64,000 nt of DNA from Tubiluchus corallicola. Lineage: Eukaryota > Animalia > Priapulida. Positions 30,401-41,719 of the stretch are shown one piece after another. The notes beneath the pieces were generated by a model that saw nothing but the letters and a program-made list of their open reading frames with translations, ran no database searches and was not told the DNA's origin. The stretch lies in the NCBI GenBank assembly GCA_030141605.1, contig JAQGDQ010000012.1, positions 948,359 through 1,012,358 of the forward strand. Direction: 5' to 3'. Positions within the stretch are counted from its first letter, which is position 1; each line of letters starts with the position of its first letter. Made by a program: the position numbers and the translations under genes.

Positions 30401-33400
30401 CTTCCTTCAAATTCACAGGCAGATACCAGCTAAGAGTACTATTCTGAAATAACAGCATTTCTTGTTCCAGAGCTTGCAACTGAAATAAAAAAGACATTCT
30501 ATGATACTTTTTACAATTATGTCTAAACTTTAAACATGCAAAGCACCACTTTTTTGAGCTAGTTTAATAGCAAGTTCAGTTCTTAATTTTTACATCAAGA
30601 AGAAAACAACGCTAAAAAAATAAAAAAAGTAAGTAGGCTTAGAAAACGTTATATAACTGAAAGTCACAGACTAATTAACAACAGATTCGTCCACAGCTAC
30701 TGTGTCATCATCATCATGTGTTGTAAATTTCAAAAACTAAAATGCATGCTTATGCAATAAACATTAACTAAAGTGTAACAACCAGTTACTGAAATAAATC
30801 ACATAATACAAACTATATACCATGCTATTACATACTGTAAGTATGCTATAAAACTAAGATGCAATTAGTCCATAAGTAGTAAAAAACTACAACATGAAAA
30901 AAGTTCCCAAACATTTTTTGCAGCAGAACTAAAATGTACAAAAACCTACTTGTAATTCAGGTGGAAAAATTGGCTCTTGACTTGCATCATATGGCAAATA
31001 GTCGACATTAGTCAGGCTTGATGCTACCTAAACACATATTAATATAGAACATGAATAACAACCCAAGCCATGCTTAGGTGGTTAATATGCACTAATTTTT
31101 CATCACATGCAACATAACCTTGTTTCACATGTTGCAGAAAATGTTTTAACTCAAAAATGTTTTTGCTTGGTATTATTTGCTAGTTACTCTGTATTCTTGC
31201 ATTAATTATGTACTAAATTCTTGCTCCTATAATTTAAGAAGTAAATAAATGAAATTTAACACTGGAATAACAGTCCTTCTCCTTATGAAATTAATAAAAC
31301 CTAAAGCAGGTAGGCAATGGTAAATGTCAGTGGTCATAAAACTACTGTCTTACAAAATCCGTCAGCTCACTATAAATACTACAATAATAATATAGTATTT
31401 TTCTCTGCTTCCACACAAAATAGACATAATATGCTACAGGAAATTAGTGGTTGCTATGGAATTCAGTCTCTCTCTTGTGCTTGATCAGTTGCTTTGGTGC
31501 TTGATCGACTGCTCGGGTGCCTGGGACAACTATTTTTTGCATTGGGCAGCTTGTATTCAAGTAGGATTGCTTGATGTAACTCAAAACACTATATAATGTT
31601 TTTTCTATATCAAGACGAGTGCTTTCCCGATCAATATTGTGAGCTTAATTTAGCTCATCGTCACATACAGACCACGTATTCCAATGTGAATTTATGTTTA
31701 CATGCACAGTTTTGTACATCTGCAAAAGTGAAACTAACTCTTTGCAGACAAATAAGAATTTTTGTCTGACAAACCTTAAATTAATTCCATTTTGGCAGTT
31801 TAATCACCTACTAGTTTTTGTACTAATATCTTAGAAATTGGAAATTTTAATTACTAGAATTATAAAAACACTCATTCAGTCTTCAATCATTAAGCAACAC
31901 TAATTATAAGAAGTGCTTAAGCAGGTGAGATATTTCTAGAAGGATCGCTTTCAAGTTATCAGCTTATGGACAGCTGTGTCCCTTTAGTATTTTCGGGACA
32001 TGTGCTATAATAATTTAAATAAAGAACTTAGAACTGGAATTAATTCCTTTTCCTATAAATAGTGGAACTAAGAACTTGAACTGGTTTCTTTTTCTACATA
32101 GGAACTTGGAACTAGAACAGGTTTCTAAAGCTAATACTTTGGTTCTTAAACCAGGTGTTCATTGGTGGTCAGCAGGATTCTCCTGAGAGCTGCTTTCATT
32201 TGTTTGGTGCAATTCTGCTAGGTTGGACTACCTGTTTTTATGCTGGGCAACAAATCAGTCACTGCTAGTTGTCCAAGACAACCCTGATCCAAACCCAAAT
32301 TTTTTCAAGCCCCGTGTCACCAAAAATGCCCATTTTCTAGCTAGTAAGCTGCCTTGCTCAAACAACAACAGTAAATATGAACAATTAAAAAGAATTTAAT
32401 TAACTGAAGCAGGTAATTGAGCTAACCTAGATGAATGATACTGACATCTTAACAATATCTCAAGTCAACTTACTGGCACAAATTGATAATGTCTGATATC
32501 TTTTTAAAAGCCTCATGGTTGAAGCCCCATGAGTTGCAAGTAGATATTACCAACCACTGGTATTAGCCTGCAATATTTTCATAGGTATAAGACAATGATT
32601 CTAAAGTAAACTCAACTGAACATACAAATTTAGTGTCCCAAAGTCAGTTCATTCTCTCAATACCTCAACACAGCCTTTGGAACATGCAAAATCACCACAG
32701 CATCTAGAGTCACTCTTTGAATACTGGTCACCTTGGCAACACTGAAATTCTTTCGTAAAAGTCTTCAGCCCATCAAGAATTGGCCTATAGCCTGTACATC
32801 GACAAAGATTTCCTTGGAAATTAGCAAGAAATTTTTCCATGGATGGTTGTGGATTGTTTCGCAATAAGGCATACATTGACATAACAAAACCTGGTGTACA
32901 GAATCCGCATTGTGTTCCATGAGCTTTTGCTATCCGTTCCTGATAAATGAATGAAAACTATGTTCAGAAATAAATTTATATATGCCTATTGGCAAGCTAA
33001 ATAATAAGTTAAAATTACAGACTTTTAGTTCAGTACATGCAAAGTTATCATAATAACGCTACCTTAAATAATTTTATTTAAAAGCGCAAACTTAAGTTAA
33101 CAAAACACATTGTTACATGCATTCCATTTCAATAACGAGCTTTACACTTGAAAAATAAAAAGTTTGAATCAGCACCTGTACTGGATGTAGAGCAGTTTTA
33201 GTACTCCCTATTCCCTCTACGGTAGTCACTGCCTTACCATGTACTAAACATATTGGAGTAAGACAAGCATTGATAGCACAGTGATGAATTTTCTTAGCTG
33301 ATCCATGTTCACACCATGACAACATGACAGTACATGCTCCACATCCTCCAGTACCACATCCTTCTTTTACTCCTCGCAGTTTTACTGAGATACAGGTTAA

Positions 33401-35315
33401 AGTCTTTCAATGACACAATGCTGTGTATTTTGTTAAATATTACGATTAAATTTTTTATCATGCATTATGATCACGTTACGTCTCAGTTACAGGTTATTGG
33501 CGTAATTTTTTATTAGTCTGATACATGAAATTTTGTAGCTAATAATATCTTCTTTCAAAAGCTTTGATAAGAAGCTTTGATGTGTTATCTTCCTCTATTT
33601 TTAAAAACCAAAACTTCCATTTCGCATTTTACATTAATTTTAAAATTTATGCATTGGTTACTGATGTCCTTTCTGCAAATGCTTGAGGAACTTATTAGAG
33701 TGTCCGCTGACAATCCGACATGCTTGGAATCAGTTCTGAACACAATATCCAGTCCAAAAAGTAAAAATGCTTGGTTGTCGAGCTTAGTAAATAAAAGGCA
33801 TTAAATAGTGACGGGTGGATCTGAGGTGAATGGTACTACTATACAATTGCCACTTGACCATAAAGAGTGCAAAAACAACCTAAACCTGTAATTTGATCAT
33901 AAGACTGTCAAAATGCATTAAAACTGAAAAAGGGCTATGGGCTTTTATTACACTTAATTTCTGCAGTTTTGTAAACATAGGAACTCAATTCTCACTGTTA
34001 TGTGCATTTTAATACAAACGAAGAAAATCCCTAGTTCATTGTTTTCCACACAGTAATGAGTAACTGAGTTTCAAGTATTGCTTACTTACTAGTCTGATAA
34101 GCCCATAACTAAAAAAGTAAAAAGATAGGTAAAAGACAGTAAAAAGAGTACAACGGAATCATTGCTACATGACGAAATAAGGAAAGTTACAAACACACTG
34201 GTGGTGTCTTTGATTATTATGCCTTAGGATACATTTCTGTCTCAGGTACTGCAACAAGCTAGTTGCTGGATTGACACTGGGATCTTCAATCTGTAAAAAT
34301 AATGTAATGCCACGTAACCAATTAAAAGACCTTAAAAAACGTTTATGCAAAGATGACTTAGTTGAGTGTTAAACATACACACTCAACAAGAAAATTTAAT
34401 AAAGCACAAAACGAATGAGCCAGACTAACTATTTTTTGGAATCTGCTTTTAATCCATAATAAAATCTGACAACCAATCAAAAAGTTGATAAAAATGGGCA
34501 CATAAAACCTAAATAAATCTGCTATTCATCTACAAAATGGTGGTAGCTTCATTTAAGTCCAAACATTAATGGGGTACAAAACCTATTCTACTACTCTGTT
34601 GAATAGTAGTGTCTGTCAAACTGTGTTAATGTTCTCAAAATATAGAAACCCATTACGCATTGATGAAATCATATAAAAAATTGTACAAAAAATTTTTTAC
34701 TTCAGTTTCCTTTTTTAAAATGGATTAGCTTTTGTTTTTCACCACCTTTGATATGAAATAGGGTTACAGAAGTGGGCCTCACACGTTGTTTACATATATG
34801 TACATATTGTGAAATGGCAAAAGTGAACCAAAAAATGCACAAGTAACTTTTAAACTTAAAGTATTGATATATTTTACTTTTCTGCTGGGTTACAGTGCAA
34901 ACAATAGCCTACACATTACACAAGTAATAAATAAAAATCAAGCAATTTGTCGAGTTATGTTAGCATTTAGCAGTCCTACTTGATAAAAAATATGTTCAGC
35001 ACTTATTATCAACGGTAACTCAGGTATATTGCGATATGCTTCATATCGTGAGGTTAGCATCGTGATGTGTATTGTATTGTGACCTAAGTGTATCGTTACA
35101 GACTAATATGAAAGCATCAAAAATAAAAAACCTACTGTTTATCGACAGTAATAAATAATCAGTAAATGATTTTACAGAAATGTTTGGTAGCATCCAGAGA
35201 TAGGCATTATCAGTGCTTTTGTGTATTAGCAACTGATTACTATTAATGTGCTACGTGTTCAAATTCCTACCTTCTTTCCGTTGACAAAGAACAATATACC
35301 ACTCTTCGACGCCAT
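4311..35315 (-). CDS. XDH: Xanthine dehydrogenase/aldehyde oxidase-family molybdo-flavoenzyme, paralog 1 (complete, 26 coding exons, 1310 aa)
   Basis: Manually spliced GT-AG exons (5'->3'): 35315-35271, 34290-34233, 33384-33176, 32939-32664, 31027-30950, 30479-30341, 29516-29352, 29227-29151, 28473-28267, 28021-27837, 24929-24764, 24609-24426, 21222-20927, 19684-19591, 19205-19078, 15007-14944, 13879-13810, 12357-12270, 11965-11879, 9235-9044, 7581-7436, 7164-6987, 6730-6527, 5652-5398, 4750-4583, 4484-4311. Total 3933 nt with compatible phases. Motifs: [15 protein letters not shown]; 2Fe-2[35 protein letters not shown]; [12 protein letters not shown]; Moco [44 protein letters not shown]. Symbol denotes the family; XDH versus AOX activity is uncertain. 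Confidence 0.95.
7849..8140 (+). mobile_element. Non-autonomous Helentron/DINE-like interspersed element
   Basis: ACTAGA start, aagtttcatgcaaat core, (aaac)n-like tract and 3' aaaacataaccttcctggcaggta hairpin-like end. Recognised by pattern only. Confidence 0.4.
12375..12408. repeat. (TA)n microsatellite just upstream of the exon 18 acceptor
   Basis: Uninterrupted TA run about 17 nt from the AAG acceptor at 12358. Confidence 0.9.
12847..13796. mobile_element. Tc1/mariner-pogo MITE family B, copy 1
   Basis: TIR c(t/a)gtaggcgccgcttaatagactca at both ends, TA duplication; internal sequence homologous to 25210-26018. Confidence 0.88.
14391..14890. mobile_element. Tc1/mariner-pogo MITE family A, copy 1 (500 bp including TA TSDs)
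   Basis: TIR cagtggccgccgcttatt(g/a)tggacac, TA TSD, repeated tgtccatattaagcg subterminal motifs; near-identical copy at 63328-63787. Confidence 0.93.
15664..15908. mobile_element. Penelope-like inverted pLTR insertion with two decayed minimal hammerhead ribozymes
   Basis: About 100-bp inverted arms (15699-15797 and 15812-15910). 13-bp TSD aagtatttacctt (15651-15663, 15909-15921). Hammerhead-like core tattca-CTGATGA-gtcc..gggc-AAAA-gcTC-ctgaata at 15819-15860 and its inverse at ~15748-15790. Confidence 0.72.
16550..18812. mobile_element. Non-autonomous PIF/Harbinger-like element (~2.26 kb, composite interior)
   Basis: TIR gggcc(c/g)gtttt?cacaaagcc(g/a)tc(g/a)ctaa at both ends, with subterminal ttagtgac/gtcactaa repeats; TSD not clear. 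Confidence 0.65.
16885..17032. repeat. Degenerate 15-bp tandem array (ggtaaaaatggcaca) followed by a short TTAGGG-like tract
   Basis: About 6-7 units, then tttaggttagggttagggg at ~17015-17032. Confidence 0.7.
21366..24270 (-). mobile_element. 5'-truncated, frameshifted CR1/L2(Crack)-clade LINE with long 3'UTR
   Basis: RT motifs [29 protein letters not shown] and [21 protein letters not shown] (ORF 23253-23717); C-terminal fragment 22497-22679; minus-strand AATAAA + (atgtct)n tail at ~21366-21396; hairpin at ~21497-21542. Boundaries approximate. Confidence 0.85.
25122..27119. mobile_element. Foldback/long-TIR non-autonomous DNA element (~190-bp arms)
   Basis: Perfect 28-bp terminal IR tagtataacatgaccttttgcatcccta. 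The inverted match continues over 25122-25211 plus 26019-~26110 versus ~26925-27119. Confidence 0.8.
25210..26018. mobile_element. MITE family B, copy 2, nested in the left arm of the foldback
   Basis: TA-cagtaggtaccgcttaa ... ttaagcggcacctactg-TA; interior aligns with 12847-13796. Confidence 0.88.
33385..34232 (-). other. Putative U12-type (minor spliceosome) GT-AG intron 2 of paralog 1
   Basis: Donor GTATCCTAA (U12 consensus RTATCCTT). The 3' end reads ACTTTAAC-CTGTATCTCAG: a branch-like motif 11 nt before the exon, with no strong polypyrimidine tract. Phase 1, following a 58-nt exon 2. Confidence 0.7.
34790..35105. mobile_element. Right part of hAT-like MITE (tagg/tctgtaacgatac family) in intron 1
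   Basis: Ends gtgtatcgttacagacta; the internal block tgcaaacaatagcctacacattaca...tagcatttagc is shared with 37981-38061. Confidence 0.5.
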
Positions 35316-35338
35316 TGGTTAGATGATAATTTGGATGC

Positions 35339-35417
35339 CTAAAATAGATACACATGATTTTCACAGATTTGTTATTGTTTAGCCTTAGCCTCAAATGAAC
35401 AGAATAGCAGATCTTAC
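35339..35417 (-). other. Predicted 79-nt 5'UTR intron of paralog 1
   Basis: Minus strand CAG|GTAAGA donor at 35417 and TATTTTAG| acceptor at 35339, 23 nt upstream of the ATG. Confidence 0.45.
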
Positions 35418-37608
35418 CTGAAAACTGCAATTTTTCATAGCTACTGCAGATGAATAGAAGCAAACATTGACATGCTAGATGTATATATGTACAGATTTTT
35501 ATCGACACTTGGCATCCTTTTGCTGCCGTTTTTTTTACCTTCAGTCACTAACAAAACTAAGAACATACCTCAAAGATGAAAATAATAATTCTAGGAGTTA
35601 CTATTAACATTCTATTATTACTGCATCCATCCTATTCCCTCAGATTATATCATGAAATTTGTATGCCTATACTCTGACGAATAGCACACAGTGTGATGGA
35701 TATTTCTCACTATTATGTCAGCCCTCTCAACTCCCTTGGTTTTACCATAAGTCTCACGATTTCAATTTATTTCTTATAGACTCATGGCATAACTTTTTTT
35801 CACGGCAAAAAAGAAGATCAGTAAATTATACTTTTACTGAACTAAACTATAAGAAATATAAAACTTTTCTTCTGTGAACTACCTAAGAGTTTTGCCATAT
35901 GCGAACAACTTCTTTAAAAGAAGCTCATTTTGCATTGAAAATGAAAATGATCAATAACCAAATTTAGTAAACATTTGACATTATTTTGCTGTTCTGAATT
36001 AGTGAGGTTATAACAAAACTGTTTTAACATTTAACTACATCAGTTTAATTTTTTTCGAGAAAAAGTTTCAGTGCCATAGTGATCATAGCCTGGCTTTGCA
36101 TTTGTGATGCAAATTCTCCGGGCTTTTTAAGGTTATTCTGCAGGTTTTTAAACTTTTTTGGCGTGCATTCACCAGGGACCTATGGTAGAGAGGACTGTTA
36201 TGTATTATCTAAATAAATAAATACCACCATATAAGTATTTATTTACTCATATATGGAAATGTATAAAGAAAAATTATGTTTAGCACTTAGTAAACAATTA
36301 TAAACGATCAAACATACAAGACTAATAATTATCAACAGTATAACCCCAAGGAATATTGCATAACACAGATTTACAAACATACATACATATAAATACATAG
36401 CAAACAAAATAAAATAAACGACACTGACGGAAATAGCAATTTATGCAGATAATATGGTCAAAGGCAATCAACACCATTATTAGAAAAACAATTTTGGTTA
36501 TAGAGGTATGGCCAATCAAACAAAGAATACCTAATAAAAAGTTGACATGGTTGAGGGCTTTATGGGTGAGCAGCAAAAATGTGAATCGATGTAAGGACGA
36601 AATGTATCAAATTAGTGTAAGTCAAGAATGGTGCACTATCCTATGTACCATACTTGCACTTGCGACATAATTATCTCCAAAACAATTGTGGTATATAGGC
36701 TGCCCAAGTACCACACAGAGTTTCATTAAACTCGAAATTATATAATTAATCAAAATTTTTGATGAACTTTACTTGAAGACAAAGCTAAACTTTTGGCGAG
36801 CTTTATCTACGTTGTACTACATTAAGATACTACAAATAACCTATACAGTACAGTATATTTTATACTATATATGTAATTAGGTCGTAATAGCTTAGTAGCA
36901 TATTGGACAAGCTATAATTAATAAAATTAAATATATAAACACAAGCATTAAAATAAAAAATATATAAAATTAAAAAACACTACTGGTAAATAAATAGCTT
37001 ATTTGCTAAACACTGCAGAGAAAAAATGTTTGACGAAGATCATTGTAAGCATCTCACCTACTCACATACCTTGTATGAGTTAAAATTTAAATGAGATGTG
37101 CTAAACTAAATGTTATTATTACTTCTTGTAATTAGGCCAATAGAGCATATCAAAAGTTTGAAGTTTATAATTTTAAATATTATTAGCTCTAAAAATCAAA
37201 TTTTACTCAGCCTAATGATAATTAAAGTGATATTAATTAATTCATTAAATTTAAAATCTAATTATTTATTATTACTTTAATAATTAATTTATTATTAAGT
37301 AAAAAAGGAAAACTGATGTGGCAGTTAAGGTCAAAACGCCTTAAAAGTCTTTTAATCTAGCTCTGTTTCTGATGGTGTGGCATTTGGACAGGCCAATGAC
37401 ACGGACCGCTATATAGGCCAACCTATGTATCAACCGCGCTATCATGGGCTAGTCATGTAGCGCTTGCAGTATATGGGCTGGACCAAGTATTGCATTCTGC
37501 AATATATCAGCTAGTGTGCACATTATAGAGAATGTCTATGTTTCATGTTTCAGGTAGTGTCGGCCTGACAAATGTCATCTTCACTATAGCAGTGGTGTGG
37601 CTAACTAC

Positions 37609-38062
37609 TAGGCCTGTAACGATACATCAATATATAGAGACATCATGATATCTTTCATTAGGATATGCGTATCGCCAAAGTGCACTCGTATTGTGTTAAC
37701 CTGAGTCAATGATATTAAGCAAATTAACACTTGCTTGACAATATACTGATAAGAACGACGTGAAGTAATTCAAGTTGTAGCTGGACAGTGTACTGTAGTG
37801 TAGATATGTATGAATCAGTGCATTGAAAAGTACTTGAAATGACACAGGCACTGCTAGCAAGTAGCAGCCAAAGCAGTTGAAAAGGCAAGACGTTTAATCT
37901 ACCAAATGTGAAACAAAAATGCATGAGTAACCTTTTAAACCTAAAATATTAATATGTTTTGCTTTTCTGATGGCTTACAATGCAAACAATAGCCTAGCCT
38001 ACACATTACATTAGTAATAAAGAAAAATCAAACAGTTAAACGAGTTTTTTTAGCATTTAGCC
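37609..38062. mobile_element. Left and middle part of the same hAT-like MITE family
   Basis: Starts taggcctgtaacgatacatc (inverse of the 35105 end) and shares the internal block with 34896-34971. Confidence 0.5.
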
Positions 38063-38185
38063 AGAGCCAGCTGTACCACTAAGCAAACTAGGCAGTTGCA
38101 TATGGTGTCAAATTATGCACTTCTTTAACTTTAAATTTAAGCACAAGTAATAACATAGTGTACATGCAATTGCTTAAGTGCACAA
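38062..38185 (+). repeat. Dispersed repeat (cagggcc...taggcagttgcctagggtgtcaaatt family), second copy ~51167-51285
   Basis: cacta(a/g)gcaaa(c/t)taggcagttgc..ggtgtcaaatt...agcacaa...tgcttaagtgcac present at both loci. Confidence 0.55.
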
Positions 38186-38329
38186 CACTTGGTGCTTAAC
38201 ACAAACGCAAACAAACTCATAGTAGCGTTATTTTTGTGTCAAAATGTATAGTTCACCAACGCCCGTCTTCTTTCTTCGCTCAGCACAACACTTTCTTCTG
38301 ATTAAATTTAGCTTCGATATTAATATTTT

Positions 38330-38585
38330 TTGAAGTCAAATAAGCCCACTTTACAAGCGACTCCAACATTTGCACAAGGTATCGCCTTAAAACTACCTGG
38401 TAAACCTAAATTTAAAACAACTTGGATAGCTAAGATAAATAAAGATGTTCAACAACTTCAACCAAATCTAACTTTAGGAGTAGAAGAACTTACGCTGTTA
38501 GCTGCAGACAGAAGTGCGTGGAATGCTCTGATAAATGTTGATACCTCAATGCCTATAACAGGTGGAATGAGATTTTGAAGAAGAC
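38330..38585 (+). mobile_element. 3'-terminal fragment of an RTE-like LINE, tail-to-tail with the adjacent LINE
   Basis: ORF PGKPKFKTTWIAKINKDV...LAADRSAW resembles the RTE C-terminus (GRP..TW...A.DR..W). Confidence 0.55.
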
Positions 38586-38599
38586 ACCGCAGGAGCTCA

Positions 38600-41500
38600 T
38601 CATCATCATCCAATGAATCATACGTCCAGGGACATGATTCTGCTCACCTCCCTATGCCAAGACTCCCTGCTTGCCGTAATGCCCCAAGTGCATTTATTTC
38701 TAAGGATCAATGCTGAAGTGTTTAAATCTTTCTGTGTAAAATCTAAATATGTTAACATTTGTCCTCCTGCAGCCTGTTTTTAGCTGGTTCTATAGCTTGT
38801 TGAAGAGCTATCTTCACTGGAATATCATCAGGTAGTCTAAGCATATGCCCAATCCATCTTAAACGGCGTCTTTTTATTTTTCTTGTCCAAGGTTCTTCTT
38901 TTATTTTTTCATATAGATCTTTATTTGAAATTTTCTTTGGCTATCCAATACCCAAAATGTTTCTGTAATTTCACCTTTGAAACGCATCAATTTCAGCTTT
39001 ATGATTTGCTTTTAATGTCCAGGGCATTATCTTCCGTCTTGATATGTCGTCTTCTGTTGCCAGCAGACTACCGAGATACTTGCATCTTTGCCATGATTCA
39101 TTGTGGCATGTTATGTGAAACTCTTCAGTTTTATTTTTGTTTACAATGGGATCCATTCTGTTCAGTTTCTCCTCTATTGAGTTTTTTATTTCATCTACTT
39201 CTTCTTTGTTTCTTGTAATCCATGTCACATCATCAGCATAGACATAGTAGTTGGCTTACTTTGTAGAGAGCTGTAACTGTGTTCTTGTCTTACTTCATTC
39301 GGTATTAATTCAGGATCAAGAATTGTGTAGTTGTGATCTTCTAGGTCCTTCAATGGTATAACTTTGTCCTCAGTGAGAGCTATGGCAAGATATAAAGTAA
39401 AAAGTGCAGGGCTTAGGCAGTCACCCTGAAGTACTCCTTTGTTTGTAGAAAACAGCTGACTCAATTTCCCTTCACACCTGACTTGAATTAATAAATTTTC
39501 TAACATTATGCTTATGATGTATATTTCATCAGGTTCAAGGATTCCTTCCAGACAGCAAAGCAAACAAGAGTTTTTTTCCGAACGCAATCAAAGGCCTTTG
39601 ACATATATCGATCATGAGAATATATATTGAGTAATCAGCAGAAGAGATGGCTTTTTCGGAATAGTAATTTACAGGCTTGTACTAATTCAGTAGTATTCCG
39701 TCCTGGTTGATATGCTGCTTGGCTTGTTCGAATGTAAGTGTGTAACCTGTCATAGATCCTAGTCAACATACAGATAGCCAAAATCTTTCTTATTAGGGTA
39801 AGCAGCATCAATGGTCTAAGATTTTCTACAGAACCTCGTTTCTTACCTGGCTTGGGTAAAGGGATAAGTATTCCTTTTTGAATATCCTGCGGAAATGTGC
39901 CTGTTTTTGAAAAATTGTTTAGAATTTCAGCAATTTCTGCATATAAATTATCTGATCCATACTTGACTAACTCAGCATTTAATTCATCAGCGCCCGGGCT
40001 TTTGTTGTTTTTCAATGATTTTGCCGCATGCTTTGCTTCTTCTTTAGTAAATGGAACTTTCATTGGATAGTGAGTCCTTTTAACCCCAACTGCATTTTCA
40101 TCATTAAAAATTCGTTGAAAATATTCTGCTATGGCTTCAGTTTGCTGTTCAGCATCAATAATTAGACCATCATTTCCTTCTACAATCAATTTTTTCTTTG
40201 GTTGAAAGGTCTGCAAAGTCCGTATTGCTTTAAAATGCCTCGAAGAATCATTTTTTGTTTGCTCAATTTCTTCTGCAATACCAGTCACCTTTTTTTCTTC
40301 TATTTGTTTTAGCTTTTGAATTTGCTTTAGAATTTCCTTGCGTTTCTTCTTAAGATCATCAATTTCTGCTAAATTTTTACATTGGTGAATTTTATCTTTC
40401 AAAACTTTCTGATTTGCAGATAAAGCTTCTATCTCATCATCTTTAACCTTTTTATCGTTAAATCTCACATGTCCAAGTATTTCTAGTGCCGAATTTTTTA
40501 TGTGAACTTTGAGTTTCCCCATTGCAAATTTGTGTTTTCAGATGTCTCACCAGGTGCAGATTTAGTAATGTTCTGCTCTAACTTTAAATTGTATTTTCTC
40601 TATAATCTCCATCCTTTAGCTTGGCAACATCTAAGTGTTTTGTTCTTTGCTTTTTCTGTAGCATCTTTACCCATTTGACTGAAACCTTAGTCATAACCAA
40701 AGAGTGGTCGGTATCTATGTTTAAACCAGCGTACGACCTGGAAGTTCTTCTTAGTGGCATAGGCATTTTCCTTACCGTAACAAAATCTATTTGATTCCTT
40801 ATAAGATTTCTCCTGGGTTCTCCATTCCATGACTTCTTATTTTTCTGTGTTGTTTGCCAGGTAGTGACGTGAGTGTATTTATGTTGGAATACAGTGTTAG
40901 TGACAACCAGATTTTTGGCTACAACAGTTTCAGCTAATCGTAATCCATTTAAATTTGGAATTCCTTTTCCATATTTACCTATATGCTCTGGTAATGAATT
41001 GTGCAGCGATCCAATCTTGACATTGAAATCTCCACAAACGATTAGCAAATGACTTTTAGGTACTGTACTAATAAAGTTATCCAAATCATCATAAAAAGCA
41101 TCTCTTAACTTGTGTCTTGTGTCATCTCCATGCAAAAATATTTTATCCTTGTTATCTAACGAATAATTCTCTGTTGATTTCACATGAGTTTCTTGTATTG
41201 TAATGCCAAAAACGCCAATTCACATTTGTCTAGATCTTTTAAAAGATTTGTTTCCTTCAATTTTGTTCTGGAGCATTGAACATTGAGTGTTCCAATTCTT
41301 ATTATATCAGCATTATAATGTTCGATCTTCTAATTCTACCGCTATAACTAAGCATACAACTACAACAAGAATCCATGGTGATGCTACCGCAACTACCATT
41401 ACTACGCGCTTGAATCATTGCAGAGAGCAGGATGCCCAGCCATATAAGCAGGCGAGCATTTAAGACAAAATACTTTAATTTAGATGAAAATTAAAATCAG

Positions 41501-41719
41501 TGGCTTGTCAGCACCACTACCGATAGTGGTCCTTCGAGCCGGATTAGGGAGCTTCGTCATCATCATATCATCATACGCCCGTCACGTCTATTGTAGACAT
41601 TGGGTAGGCAGAATTCTAAAATAAAAGAAATCTGCCTTCAAACAGGTAAACGCAGCAGTAATACAGCAAAAAAACTAGAATCTGTTACACCAGTGGCTTG
41701 TCAGCACAACTTCTGTTAG
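38600..41719 (-). mobile_element. Near-full-length, frameshifted RTE/RTEX-like LINE (APE endonuclease + reverse transcriptase)
   Basis: APE motifs IGTLNV, IQETH, CGDFNVKIG, NQIDFV, TDHSLV. RT motifs KSPGAD, LRPLMLL, QAAYQPGRNT, MSKAFD, GVLQGDCLSPALF, YADD, KYLGS, RLRWIGH. (GAT)n tail at ~38598-38610. Candidate TSD ggagctca (38592-38599, 41720-41727). 5' boundary tentative. Confidence 0.88.
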
